The notes under the pieces: generated by a model
Seen by the model: the letters and a program-made list of their open reading frames with translations, nothing else
What the model was told of the DNA's origin: nothing
Database searches by the model: none
Translations under genes and position numbers: made by a program
Assembly (NCBI RefSeq): GCF_009914755.1
Contig: NC_060939.1
DNA from: the human T2T-CHM13v2.0 reference genome, Homo sapiens
Direction: 5' to 3' (one strand)
DNA: 64,000 nucleotides
In this document: positions 37,582 to 53,300 of the stretch, piece after piece
Position numbering within the stretch: position 1 is the stretch's first letter
How the letters are laid out: the number at the start of each line of letters is the position of its first letter

Positions 37582-40234
37582 CACCTGCTTTTTCCTGTTT
37601 TCCATTTGCTTTGTTGATTTTTCTCCATTTTTTTACTTTGAGCCTGTGGATGTCACTGCATGTGAGATGGGTCTCTTGAAGACAGCATACATTTGGGTCT
37701 TGCTTCTTTATCCAACTTGGCAATTCTGTGCCCTTTAATTGGGGCATTTAGTCCATTTACATTCAAGATTAATATTGATATGTGCATATTTCATCCTGTT
37801 ATCATGTTGTTAGCTGCTCAATATGCAGATTTGATTGTATAGTTGATTTATAGTGGCAATCGTTATGTACTTAAGTGTGTTTTTGTGGTGGTCAGTAACA
37901 TTCTTCCATTATCATATTTAGCAATCCCTTAAGGACCTCTTGTAAGGGAAATATAGTGGTGATGAATACCCTTAGCATTTGCTTGTCTGAAAAGGATCTT
38001 ATTTCTCCTTCACTTGTGAAGCTTAGTTTGGCTAGATATGAAATTCTTGCTTGGAATTTCTTTTCTTTAAGAATGCTGAATATAGGCCCCTAATCTCTTC
38101 TGGATTGTACAGTTTCTGGTGAAACATCCACTGTTAGCCTCATTGGGTTCCCTTTGTATGCGACCTGAACCTTCTTTCTAGCTGCCTCTAACATTTTTTT
38201 TCCTTTCAACCTTTAAGAGTCTGATGGCTATATGTCTTAGGGATGGTTGTCATGTATAATATCTTGCAGAGGTTCTTTGCATTTCTTGAATTTGAATGTT
38301 GGCCTCTCTGGTGAGGTTGGAGAAATTTTCATGGAGGATAGCCTGAAATGTTTTTCAAGTTGCTTTGTTTCTCTTTCTCTTTTTAAGGGATACCAATGTG
38401 TCATAGATCTGATCTTTTTACATAATCACCCATTTCTCTGAGGTTTTATGCCTTCTTTTTTGTTCTCTTTTCCTTTATTTTTGTCTGACTGAGTTAATTC
38501 AGAGAATCAGTTTTTAAGCTCTGTGATTCTTTCCTCAGCTTGGTCTATTCTGCGGTTAATACTTGTAGTTGTATTCTGAAATTCTTGAAGTGAGTTTTTT
38601 AGCTCTATCAAATCATTTTGATTCTTTCTTAAAATGGCCACTTCATCTTTCAGCTTCTGTATCATTTTACTTTATTTCTTAGCTCCCTTGGATTGGGTTT
38701 CAACATTCTCCTGAATCTCAGTTATCTTCTTTCCTATCCATATTCTGAATTCTATGTCTGTCATTTCAGCCATTTCAGTCAGGTTAAGAACCATTGCTGG
38801 GAAACCAGTGTGGTCGTTTGGAGGTAAGAAGACACTCTGGATTTTAGAGTTGCAGAGTTTCTTGCATTAATTCTTTCTCATCTTTGTGGGCTGTTTCTTT
38901 AATCTTTGAAGTGGCTGTCCTTTGGATGTTTTTTTCTTTTTTGTTGTTTTTTGGTGTGTGTTTTTGTTTGTTTGTTCATTTGTTTGTTTTTTGCTCTTAT
39001 CTTCTTTGATACTCTTGCAGGTTTGATTGTGGTATAAAGTGGGTTCAGTTAGCTGTGTTTCTTGAAAATCTTAGGGGGTCCAGGCTGACCTCAGCACTCT
39101 TGTGGTGTGTTCTCTGCTCTGGGACTGGGCCCCTGGCTTTATTCTCTGGCCCCTTGAGTTTAGAAACTTGCTGCATTGGAGGGGCTGAGTTTTTCCCAGT
39201 CCACTGGCCACAACACTATAGTAGGTGGTGCCGGCCAAAGCACTTCATTAGAGTGGTGGCAGTGGGATCCATTCTCACTCATAGGTGCCAGCAGTTGTGG
39301 TGTCATGGCAGGGTGCACATGCCTCTGCTGGGGTGGGGGTACTGGCAGGAGCAGGGTGGCAGCATCCCTACATAGGTTCCTGCTGGCAGTCACAGGACAG
39401 TGAGGTGCCTGTGTGTTGGCAGGGACAGGGTGGCGGGGTGCACATGCACATGCTTGCTGGTGGTAGAGGGAGTTGTGATCCGCTGTGCACTCATGCCAGC
39501 AAAGCAGTTGGGAGGTGCTATGGGTGGACTGGTGCACATCAGCAGAGGCTGGCTTGCTGGAGGTCCCCAATGGTTAGGCATGGTCTGCTGGCAAAGGAGC
39601 TATGATGAGGGCCCCCAGGAAACACCCTGGTTGGGCTTCCAAGGCTGTACTGCAAGCAGGCACAGCCAGCCTGGGGCCCCAGGAGAGGCCAGAAGGCAAG
39701 GAAATGCTCATTTCAGATGGGCCCTGTCCCATGGACAAGACCACCCTGCTATATTCAGCTCCAATAGTCACTCTAAGGTTAAAATCTCCTAGAGGAGGTT
39801 GGTGAGCCTTGGGGGATGGGTGTCACCTGGCTGTGCTCCACTACAGCCATTCTCATGTCAAACACTCTGGGCTTTACACAGACTGGAGTCCTACCCTTGG
39901 TATCCCTCTAAGCAGCTGTCCCTGCCAGCACAAGTGTCCATGGGGGTCATGGGGTCTCCTGCTGCTAGGATTCTGGAGGCCCATGGCAACAGCAGGCCAC
40001 TCCTCACCTGTTCAACTCAACCTTTCCCCAGGAGTTGCTGGGAGCCAGGAATGAGTCCTGGTGCTCGGCATCCCCATGCAGGGTTCCCATCTTCCTCCAC
40101 CTTCAGCCCGGCATCTCTCAGTCCACTCTCAATGCCTTCCCTTTAAAGATCTGCTTGGAAAGCACCAGTCTTCCTGATGTCTCACTCCCTCCATGGCAGA
40201 TGTTCCTCCTGGCTGCATCTAGTCAGCCATCTTG
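37582..40234 (-). mobile_element. Older primate L1 5' portion (5'UTR, ORF1, start of endonuclease)
   Basis: ORF 37541..37747 WIKKQDPNVCCLQETHLTC; ends at TCTAGTCAGCCATCTTG. Confidence 0.85.
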
Positions 40235-40619
40235 ACTCACCTCCAAAGTCTTTTTAATTACCACTTTGGTTAAATTAGTAACTATCATTTTACAATGGCC
40301 TGTGATTCTGTTTTGATCAAATATTTTGAGCCTTTTAGCATCTATAACAAATGTTCTCAAAAATCAAAATTCTAAATCAAGTCTCTGAGACCCTTGAAAG
40401 GGTGTGAGAGACAACATGGTTTCACCTGCCTTCATGTGTCCCAACCCATCCCTGTGGATGCCTCTGTCCACCTCAGCTTGCCCACTGTCTTTCCTTCCGA
40501 AATGTATGCCCTGCTGACTTCTGGCCTCAGTGACAGATGCAAAGACAAGGCGACAGCCCCACATAGACCATTTAACCAGCCCCACATTTGCATAGGCTAA
40601 ATGGTCATGTCACAGTCTG

Positions 40620-40895
40620 TTGCTCAGACTGGTCTCAAATCCTGGGCTCAAGTGATCCACCCACCTTGACCCCCAAGGTGCTGGGATTACAGGCTTGAGC
40701 CACAGTGCCCAGCCAAGAACCCGTTTTTGACTGGGCACCTTGGCACACACCTGTAAATGCAACACTTTGGGAGGCCAAGGTGGGAGGGTGGCTTGAGGCC
40801 AGGAGGTTGAGGTTGCACTGAGCTATGATGGCACCACCTCACTTCAGTGTGGGTGGCAGGCAGAGTGAGATCCTTTCGAAAAAATAAAAAACAAA
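40620..40895. mobile_element. Two divergent head-to-head Alu fragments
   Basis: Antisense left arm ~40620-40714 and sense fragment ~40730-40895. Confidence 0.75.
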
Positions 40896-41439
40896 ACTTG
40901 TTTTCTCTGCAGCCGGGCTCCGTAAGCAAACACAAACACAAACTTCCTCTCCAGAGGGTCCAGGAGTTGCTGGGCTGCAGGAGGTGCTTAGGGCCTCTTA
41001 GGGAATGGTAAGTGACCACCCAACGCAGGAACTCAGTCCCAGGGGCATATGCAAAGAAAGGCTGGGAGGACACTTTCAGTGACTGGGGTTACAAACCCCA
41101 ACCATAAGCCATTGCTGGCTCTGTGAGCTGAAACCTCCAGAAATCTCCCACTTAGTTCTTAGCACTAATCCACTCTTCCTTTTTCCTACTCTCAATCCCT
41201 AGAGGATGCCCTCCTTTCTCAGGCTCAGACCAAGCTACCAGCTCCACTCTAGACCTGAACACATAACTCCTCCCTCTGTCTCCACCTGGAAATCTCATCA
41301 GTGCCTCACATTTACACTCCTGAAAATCAGGTCCTGCCCACCCACCCTCTTGCTCCACCTGATTCCTGCCCTGTTTCACCCAGAGGCCTTGCAGTCTCCT
41401 TTAACTCTCAAACCCACCCATGTCATGTGAGCATACTGA

Positions 41440-41865
41440 CTGTGTTCTATGTAAGAAAGAGCAGTTTCTTGGTTGTCCTGCGGTTTTATTAGTCTATAGG
41501 CAAAGTGTTGGCAGAGCTGGTTCCTTCTGAACCCTGGGAGGGAGATTCTGTTTTCATGCCTTTTCCAGATTCTAGAACCCATATTCCTTGCTCTGTGTCC
41601 CCTTCTTCCATCTTCAAAGGCCATCCTCTCATTTCTGTGTCCATCATCACATCACCCTTCCCCTGACTCTGGCTCTCCTGCTTCCACTTATAAGCACCCT
41701 TGTGATTATGTCATACCCACCCAGAAAATGCAGGGTCATATTCTCCCCTCTCGAGATTAATTTAATCACATCTACAAAGTTCCTCGTGCCATATGAGGTC
41801 ACAAATCCACATGTTCTGGGAGTTTGAATGTAAACATTTGGGGGATGCATTATTCAGCCACCCAC
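41440..41865. mobile_element. MLT1 LTR fragment
   Basis: GGCAGAGCTGGTTCCTTCTG...CCCTTGTGATTA...TTAATCACATCTACAAAG...ACATTTGGGGG. Confidence 0.7.
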
Positions 41866-43421
41866 AAGCACTGCTCCCCACTGGCCACACACTATGCACA
41901 GCTGAGATCGTGCAAGTGAAGCACATTCATCAACAGCAGCTTCAGCAAGAAACTGTATGCTCCACTTTCCTGCCATTTGTATCTGGATTTTTTTTTGCTA
42001 TCATTGTAGAAAGAGTGGTATTGTAAAATTAAAGATGGATTATTTTCTTCCTAGAGCACTTTGGCAATCTGTCCAACATTATTTATCCCCTTCTGAGTGT
42101 CAAGTGTGAGGTCATTCTTTCATTGAGAGCTCAATGCCTACAATTATGATAATGCATATTGGGTACTTTCACACATCAGAAAGTTCTTCTTTCTTAAAAT
42201 CTGTTCTTGAATTATTCATTCTTCTCTAGCTTTTTGTTGATCTATTTTATAATTTTAGAAAAATCAGAAAGTAACTTGAAGTATCTGTCATCTCTAGAGG
42301 TTTACCTCCCTCTTTGTGGTCTTCAGAATGCCATAACAGGCTTTTCCCATGCTCATCACATGGTTTCTATGTATGAGACCTCACCACAGGAGCTGTGGTC
42401 CGCCGGGAGCAGGCATCTGTGGATGGCGCCTTATTCCGGGCTGCTGGGACCTGTGCGCTGCCAGTGGCACTCCACGGCGGTGATTTCCTAGCTCAGTGTT
42501 GCAGCTCCAGATGGTGGGTGAGACACTAGGACCACTTTGTGAACAGCGAGGGCTTGGGGTTTGCTTTTCTACCATGTCCAGGGCTGCTCTTCATGGGGAA
42601 TGTTTCTCACCTGACGTCATGGCTGAAGCCAACTTAGAACCTCTCTAGCCGTATGGGGAGTATGTGAGTGATACAGATGTTAATTAGCTCAGTGGAGCCA
42701 CTCCCCTATGTAGACATGTTACAAAACATTATGCTGTACAGAATAAATATAGGTCATTTTTATGTGTCAATCAAAAGAGAAACTAATTATTAAAAAAAAA
42801 ACCTCTCTACTAAAGCAGAAACCTCAGCTCCAGTCCCAGAAGACACACAAGGCTGCTCCTGTCCTGTGTATGTTAAACCTACCTCAGAAATGCAAGGGGC
42901 ATTCAGGTTTCATTCTCAATTCAAATGCCCTTTTTAATTTTGTCTATTCCTAGCACCTGGCAACATCCAGCTCTTTTTTTGGGGCTCATTCATTATTTAA
43001 ACCATGTATAATTTTTCACCCAACATTCTAACACATGTAGTACTGTAGAGAATCCTTCCCTAGGAGGATCTGCAGCATTAGAAAAGAATTAAGAAGTCCA
43101 ACATTTACAAGAAGGAAAAAGCAAAGAAGAGATCAAAAAATGGGCAACTTCTAGAAATAGAAAACCCTCATGAGTATGATGATAAATCGCTGGCACACAT
43201 GTGAATAGTTACTTGATGCTTATAGTGATGTCTGGGAAAATGACATGAAATACTTATAATCTGTTTCTCACACATGTAATTCAAAAGAATAAAGAGAAGA
43301 TGATTTGAAATATTCTTGAGTTTGCAGGAAAAAAGCTACTTCCATATGCATAATTGCATGTATTTTGATACTGCCATTATTAATAACTATCTAAGAGGGT
43401 CCATTAAAAATAAAATTTCTT

Positions 43422-43884
<463 letters not shown>

Positions 43885-44629
43885 TTAGCTATAACATTTT
43901 GTAATAAGGTGGAGAAAACATTCTCCAACTTACAATGGTTGGTGAGAAGAAAGTTTCCAGCACAGTAGATGGACCCTAAGAGACTTTGTTGAAATAATAA
44001 GACAAAAAGATATACAGAGAGATGGGCCAGATGAAGGGAGACAGAGAGAGAGAGAGAGAGGCAGAAATGAGAGATACAAAGTGAAAGAGGGCAACCTGTG
44101 GGGTCATCAGGGATTTGTTTTCTGTTTTGTTTATTCTAACATAAAGGCAATGGTGAGTCATCAATGTATTTAGAGTTTGCACAATCACTGTGGAACACAG
44201 ACAGACACGGGGGAAGAGGAGAAACACAGGGCGGTAGCTTGCCCTTGGACTGTTCTAAGTTCCTCAAAACATAGCAGTTTTGCCCAACCTAAGGGAACTT
44301 TCAGCAGCTGCTCTTCTGCCATAGGCCTCTTTCCTGCCTTGTTTTCATGTGGCTGTTTCTGTTCCTGCAGGTCTTAGCTCATCAGACAGGCATTTATTAC
44401 CTCTGTGTCAACAGTGGGAGCTTCCATTACTCTCTAGCATTACACTCCCCTTCCTCTTTCAGGAAACTTAACATGGAAGTGAGTTTGCCATCGGCCTTCT
44501 CCCCACAGTGTTAATAGTGGTGAGGAAGCCAGCCTGTTCCACCTTGCCCCTCCCATGATTCCAACACTGAGTTCAGACTTGTCACATGGAACTTATCCTT
44601 GCATGTTTGCCGCACAGACAGATGGACCC

Positions 44630-46055
<1,426 letters not shown>

Positions 46056-47515
46056 AAAACCCTTTAATTGATTACAGGGTTCAGTGTGTGCTTCAACATC
46101 ATGATGGCATCATCACATTGGTCTCTGTATGAAGCAGTGGGGGAGGAGAGTGTACCAGGGGAGCAGGAATGACTTTTCTCCAGAATCAACCTCTCCCACC
46201 CTGCAGCCTGGGCTGTGCAGGCCACATTGGAGAAGGTGGGCTCGACTACTCCTAAATGTTGTTGTGTTCAATGGCTTGTTGACGTTGATGTAGGAATGAG
46301 CCTACACCTCCACCATAGATGGAACTGTTTGGGTCCCCAAAGCAGAAAGCCTCTTCTGTTGCAGGTGCTGAAGTTTCCATCTTCTTCTGCTTATACGGAA
46401 GCTCACGCATCCCTTGGGTGGCAGGCGTCAGGTTCCTGTGCGCACTGAGCTCCTCCCTTACGTGCTTTGGACAGAAGTGTGAGGCATGCAAGATTGCTGC
46501 AGGAAGTCCACCTGTGGGGATGCTGTGACTTCTCCAGCAAGAACACAAGTCTGCTCATTGACCGTCACCACACATAACAAATTAAGTATCCCTTTTTTGA
46601 TAACATGTCATTGTTTCACAGAGTATTCTTTTAAAGTGTATAAGTTGACTGCAGTTATTATTTTTTGCTTCTGTTACTAATTTACACATGATTAGGCACA
46701 ATTTACACTTAAGAAATTTCTTAATAGTTTTTTCCTCCTTAAGGTGAGCTATAGTCAGATAACATACTTATCAATTGTCTCTAGCTCTTGTCAGAAAAAA
46801 ATATAGGGGTGTGTGTGTGTGTGTGTGTTTTGGCCTTTCCAATGATGAATTAAGATGTGCATTGAGAAGGCGTTCACTTTATTTGACGTTAAGGAAGTAC
46901 CAAGAAGACGCTCTCCACAGGCCCTGGGAAAGCCAGCAGCTGCACCCCGAGGCTGTGCCAAGCAGGGAACAAGGAGGCAGCACCACCTGCTGGGCAGGGA
47001 AAAAGCCCTCCCAGTCCCTGCCGCTTCTCTGCAGAGGCACAAAGAGCTGACCCTTCTCCTGGGCCTTCTCCTGGGCTGATGAGATTGCTCCCTGATATGC
47101 CAAATTAGGGTTGTGCATCTGAGGCTCTCTCTAGACTCTCAGCTCCTTCCTACTCCTGCGAAGTGAAGAAAACAATGCCAAGGGTTCCTGGAGGCGTCTC
47201 TTCCCCTGGAGAGTTTTGACTCCTTTCAATAGTCTCCACTAACCAGCCCTCACTCCATGTCCTCCGTTTCTCCCTAAAGCGGTGCCCAGTCTGATTCCAC
47301 CGTGGCAGGGATAACAAGGGGCCAGGACATCAGGGGAGAGAAGTTTCTACCTGAGTCACAGCAGCGGCTGCCCTGCAGACTCCTGAAGACACAAGACACA
47401 TTTCCATCCCAGAGACTCGGCGAAATGCAACCTCAGGCTAGAGAGAGCCAGTTATTTTTTCTTGTTCTGTCCTGGAGAGGCCACTGGGAAAGTCGTGCCC
47501 CTTGTTGAGGAAAAT

Positions 47516-47926
47516 ATGAGATCTCTCTGCGTCGTCCTCTGCCTGATGGCTATACTTCCATGTGAGTGTCTCAGAGATTTCAGAACTGGGGCTGTGGGCT
47601 GTGGTGTCCGTTTGCGACTCATGTCTTTGCTTCTTGGCCCTGAGTGTCCTGCATCAAGTGCAGCTACTAGAGTCATGCCCAGGGCTGGTGAGGTCCTCAC
47701 AGACCTCTGGGCCTGGACCCAGCAGCACTCTGGGAAGGCACTGGGGCACCTCAGCTCCAGGGGCAGCACACACTTCAGCCCACCCTTCTGGGCCAACTGT
47801 CCATCTGCAGAGACACATCCAAGGCCCAGTTATCCCTGCAGCTGAGCTCCGTGATGGCCAAGGGCAGGGCCACACATTCCCGTGGGAGACAGAATGGGTA
47901 CCTCAGTGTGAGCCCAGACACAAACC
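47516..47926 (+). pseudogene. IGHV(II)-1-1: IGHV(II)-1-1 paralog
   Basis: Degenerate octamer ATGCAACC 47425-47432; 46-nt L-part1 MRSLCVVLCLMAILP with GTGAGT donor; QVQLLESCPGLVRSSQT, then FR1/CDR1 deletion, WTQQHSGKAL, RDTSKAQLSLQLSSV; dead heptamer GACAGAA, 23 spacer, ACACAAACC; sequence matches recalled IGHV(II)-1-1. Confidence 0.85.
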
Positions 47927-47947
47927 TCCCTGCAGGGAAGCACAAGA

Positions 47948-47962
47948 CCACCAGGCGGCGCT
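47948..47962 (+). promoter_or_regulatory. RSS-proximal CTCF-like motif
   Basis: CCACCAGGCGGCGCT, one mismatch to CCACCAGGGGGCGCT, 21 nt after the nonamer. Confidence 0.55.
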
Positions 47963-49889
47963 CCAGACCACAGAGAAGAAAATCTGTGTCTATATATAGA
48001 CAGCCTAGGATGCATGAGGCCTCTCACCCCTGGGAACGCTGAGCAGCCACCAGGAGCCCACACTTTGAGGTACAGCAGGAGCCATGCGCTCTCACTCTTG
48101 CTCACTCACGCTCCTGCACACAGCCACTGACACATGCCCTCATGCACGTTGCAGATTAACTCCACTGGCCTTGCACTTGCAACGCTGGAGGCTGAGAGGT
48201 ATCCACAGGTTCTTTTCTCATGAGAGGGGAGGGCTGACTTTCACTTGTGGAGAGGCAGCTCCACGAACACTGGCTGTCCTGAGTGGATGCACCTGGCTCT
48301 GGAATTCCTGTCATTTTTTTTGGATCCAGGAGCCCCTGCCTCATGTAGCTACTTAACAGAAAGGAGGAATCCACCCAGGACATGCCCAGACAGGAGCCTC
48401 ACAGGACGGACAGTGGTGTCTGGGGTCACGGGCAGCCCTGACCCAGCAGCACCAGCACCAGCACACCCAGTGGGGAAGGCAGGGAGGCCGAAATGCCACC
48501 CACGGTTTGTTATTTCACTGGGTGGGACCTGGCACCCCTGCCTTCCTGACACCCTGGAATCCCTGCCTCCTCCTAGAGCCTCCAAGCCCGTCTCCCTCAG
48601 AGCCTCCAGAGACAGACCTGGGGAGCCATTTCCTCAGGCCCTGGACAAGGAAACGGAATTCCAGGTTATGGGTGCCTGGGGCAGGTCTCAGGCAGGTGCT
48701 GGGAACCAGAGACAGCAGTCACCACGAGGCCTTAGGCCTGGCACCAGCACTTTGAGCCTCAGTTTACCAGCCCACGAGGTGCTGAGTCTGGACTGGATGA
48801 CCTTCCCACCCCCAGTGACCTCTGACCTTTCCCGAGCATGTCAGCTCTGCACCAGCATCCTGGTGTGAGCCCAATGCCACTTTTTTTTCTCAACAAATAA
48901 GAAAGGAGGAAGGTGCCCCCAGGGCCCTGTGCCCTGAGGATGCCTGTGTGGAGGGGTCCATTTCATCACTGGTGTCACTCACAGGAAGGGACGAAGCCAC
49001 CTGCCTTGACGGAGCTTACTCCACCTCCGCGGAAGGCCGGGGAGGTCCCTCACAGCGAACCTGAGGCCCAGCAGGCTGCAGAGGTGCTGACAGGGAATGA
49101 CTGCTCAGACGCCGGGGGCCGGCAGAGAGGACGGATATGGGGATGCACACTGAGGAGCCTCTCCTTGGAGATGGAGACACGTGGACCACATGGACCAGGA
49201 CACACTCCATGAAGCCTCACACTCCCCTGAGCTGCAGCTCAAGGGCCTCTCTCTGAGCCCACGGTCCCACCCCTGGGAGGCAGCTGCCCCAGCTCTGAGG
49301 GAGGAGGGCATCCACCAGACCCTCCATCTCCTGGGGGCACCAGCCCAGCCCAGCGGCTCTGCAGGACTCTGCACCCCCAATTCATGGCCAGGACTTTCTG
49401 GATGTATCTTAAGGACTGAGGACTCCACATCAGGGACCACACAAGACCGGGGTCCCGGACATGGGGGTTGGGGGTGAGCATGTCACCGGGATGGGCTGTG
49501 GCATCACTCTGGTGCTTCATCCGGACAGCCAGGGACCAAAGCCACGCCCTCAGCCCCACCCCACCCCTGCCTCACATGGCAACCCAGGGTCTGCAGATGC
49601 AGGAGAATGAGAAGCATGGTAGCCAGGCAGACTAGAGGACCCGAGCTGGGGTTGAGCACATCCCTGTCTACCCAGGGCATGGCCTGTGAGGCTGCAGGTG
49701 GCCTAGTGTGTGCTGCAGGCTCAAGGTCCTGCCCCAGGGAGCATGACATTCAGGCCAAGAAATTGCATCATGCTGCACACGGCCCAAGGGGATAACCCTG
49801 TGATGTTCAGGTCACCAGCAGGCTTGGGGTCAAGACCGAACTGCAGAGGACAGGTTTCTGGAAGGCACAACATCATGGGTGGAGGGACT

Positions 49890-50325
49890 TGGAGCAAGGT
49901 CCTTAGCCCCGGGACCAGTGAATGTGTGCCCTTATAGGGAAAGGGGGTCTTTGCAGAAGGAAGTTAGCTGAAAATCATGAAGTGGAGAGGTGCTCCTGGA
50001 TTAAAGAGGTGAGCCCTAATATAATCACAGGTGTCCTTCTAGGAGGATGGCAGAGGGAGACTGACATAGACAGAAGCCAGATGAGGTCGGAAGCAGAGGC
50101 AGAGGCTGAGAGAGCAGATGCTATGCCCTGGCCCTGAAGACGGAGGAGGAGCCGAGAGCTCAGGGATGCAGAGACTAGAAGAGGCAGGGAAGTTCTCCCC
50201 GCAAGCCTGGAGGGAGCATGGCCTCCAGCACACCTAGACCTTGGCCCTGTAGGATTCATCTGGACCTGTGGTATAAATGTGTGGTGTTTAAGCCACTGGG
50301 CTGTGCAAATTGTCATAGCAGCCAT
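49890..50325. mobile_element. MLT1 LTR
   Basis: GGGGTCTTTGCAGA...GCCCTAATATAATCACAGGTGTCCTT...TTTAAGCCAC. Confidence 0.7.
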
Positions 50326-53300
50326 GGCGCATTCCTAGAGGGAGCCCTGGTGGGGACCCAGCAGGCAGCGATGGGGCCCTCACAAGCCTGTGAGCCACTC
50401 AGAGCGGTGAGAGTGGCTAGGCTTGGTGAGGTGCAGGCCACGCACAACTCCACTAAGGCAGCCTTAGAGCCCACACCTCCTCTCTCTCTCTCTCTCTCTC
50501 TGTCTCTTTCCCTCCCTCCTTCCCTCCCTCCCTCTCTCTCAGTTGGACAGCTCTCCATCATGCCCCGGGACATGACCGCCTCCCAAGGCCAAGCTGGGGC
50601 ACTTTGCTCGAGGTGAGCACTGACATCCTGGGGGTGTGAGGGGCACCTACCCAGCAGTCCTGTGTGAAGGATGGGCGGTGGGCCCTAGCTGGCACTGGGC
50701 ATGTGGCCCGGCTGGTGCCCGCAGGCTGCAGCCTTTCTGGGTGGCCAGGATCAGTGAAGGCCTGCAGAGTCTGGGCCTGGGATCCCTGCAGCACTGGCTG
50801 AGGACAGGCAGGGTTGGGCAGTGAGGGCACTGGGTCACTGTCACCACCCACGGTTTGTTACTTCACTGGGTTCCCTGCAGTGCTGGCTGGGGACAGGCAG
50901 GGCTGGGCAGCGAGGGCGCTGGGTCACTGTCACCACCCACGGCTTGTTAATTCACTGGGTGGGACCTTGCACCCCTGCCTTCCTAACACCCTGGAATCCC
51001 TGCCTCCTCCTAGAGCCCCCAAGCCCATCTCCCTCAGAGCCTCCAGAGACAGACCTGGGGAGGCATTTCTTCTGTCCCCAGCAGAAGCCCAGGAGGCCCG
51101 GAAGGCGCAGTGGGTCTAAAGGAGAGGATCCTGCCACTGCCTGAGGGGTGACTCTGACAAGACAAGCATGGAGCCCACTAGAAGTGGGGTGGGAGCCCCA
51201 CCAGGGATGGGCTAGTTCCTCATGAAGGACCAGGGCCCAGGAAGGACAAGGGGGCCTGCTGGGGCAGGGTCTGCTATGGCGGAGTCCCTGTGAGCCTGGC
51301 CCAGACCTGCGTCTCTCTTTCCTCATTGGTCCCCACAGGTCCGTGGCGGTTGCCGTATTGGGAGGCCCCGTGGTGGCAGGGGTGGGACACCCGGTATACG
51401 TTGCCAGGTGTGTCCGATAGGCTCATGCTCACACCTTCGCCTGGCACCTGGGCAGAGCTGGAGCACCCGGGCACTGAAGTGAGTGCAAGGTCTCGGGGCC
51501 CCACAGGGTGGCTGAGGAGACAGCTGCAGGGTACCTGGGACCCCTGGACTCAGGAAGTAGAAGGATACAGCCTAAAAATGCACACCACAGGCTCACCAGC
51601 CGGTGCAGGCCCACAGAACTCGAGGAGGCAGCCCTGAGCCTCCCAGGGAGAGATGCTCTGTGCACGCCAGCACAGGCCCTGGGTTACAAACCCTAGGCAC
51701 AGCCCAGGAGAGGCCCAGGCCCCAGGCCAGCAAGGGGTTGCAGGAAGCAAGAGGCCCCAGCCACAGCATGAGATGAGCCCATCAAGCCAGGGCCAGGTGG
51801 GCAATGGGAGGCAGGCAGGGCTTGGGGGTGGGTCCCTGCTGCAGCACCTTCCACTGTCGACCGGAGGAGTTTCTTCACTGTGCGGAGTCCACGGGCCTCC
51901 TGTGAGTGTGTGCATGGGCCCAAGTGTGTGTGTGCCTCTGCTGTGTGTCTGTACACAAGTATGTTTTGGGGTTTTTTTGTGTCTCAGACCACAGAGTCTG
52001 CCCCTCTCACCAAAGCCCAGGCAGAAGGATGAACTCACGCCCCTGGGGCCCAGGCCTCAGCAGCCTCTGTGGGATCATTGTTCCCGGTTGTCACTTGCCT
52101 TTGGCACAGCCCTATTTCTCCACAATTCCTTAAAGTCCTCAACATGCTTTAAGGCACAAAGGTGAAAGTACCCAGAAACATCTGACTCTGCCGTGGAACC
52201 CAGGAGTAAGCTGGGTTAGCTAAGGAGCGGGGCCGTTGGCAGAGGCTGGGGTCCAGGCTGAACTTTGGAGGAGGCATGTCCCAGCATGGGCTCCTGACTA
52301 TGTCCTCCTGGGACAAACCCAAACCCGCTCTTTGAATATGGGAGGGACTTTGCTGGCCCTGGCCCTGACCGCAGCACTTGGAAACTAAGGAGTGGTCGCC
52401 TCCCCCGTGTCACAGCTGCCCGTTCACCATCATAGAAGCAACTCTGTCACCTCCATGGGCCCCTCTGTGGCTGCTGCCTGGGTCCAAGCTGAGCCCAGCT
52501 GCCCAGGCCCAGAAGGAAAGCCCAGGCCAGGCGCCCAGCACAGAGGCAGTCACGTACCCCAGGGAGAGCCACAGCAAGCAGCCAATGTTGCCCAGGAGAG
52601 GAGTAGCTGACAAGGCAGAACGTGAGCTGCCATCGGCTTGAGAGGCTTTGCTGGTCCTCCTGGGCTGTGGACATGACCTGGAGGAGCGAGGGAAGAAGTC
52701 GTATGGTGGTCCCATCCCAGGGCCTGATGGCAGCTGGCCACCCGTCCCAGAGTGGCAGCCAGATGCCAGCGCCATTCCCACAGTCACATCATTGGTCACA
52801 GACTGCAGGACATAGAGCGTCTTCTTTCCATCACAGTGCTGTCCAAACCCATAGCCTAGGGTAGACCTGGAAGATTCAATGTCCACACCCGGGGCTGGAG
52901 CACAGCCATGAGCCAGGCCCGCTGCCCGTGCATGGAAAGCCAGCCCAAGCCCTGCTCCATCCCTAGCCAATGTCAGTGTCCTTTCCCCTTCTCCCAAGTG
53001 AGCTCTAGCCACCTGCCTACCCTGCCATCTGAGGATGACAACCTTCATTCCATTGGAATCTGGCTCTGCCACCAGCAGGCTTGCAGTCTTGGGCAGACTC
53101 CGTCACCTCTCTATGCCTCAGCTTTTCCATCTGCACAGGAGGATGATGATGATGGTGGTGATGAAGATGGCAATGGCTTCCTTTTGCATTTGAGGCAAGG
53201 ACTAATTGAGATGATACACATCAGGCACTGGGTATGATGCTGGTCCTTCCTGAGCACTCAATCTATGTGAGCTGTCCTTGTGAAATGGATGTCACCACAT

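Noticed and set aside
46240-46550. Coding-looking stretch, possibly a DNA-transposon relic
   Set aside because: No motif I can assign confidently; needs a Dfam search.
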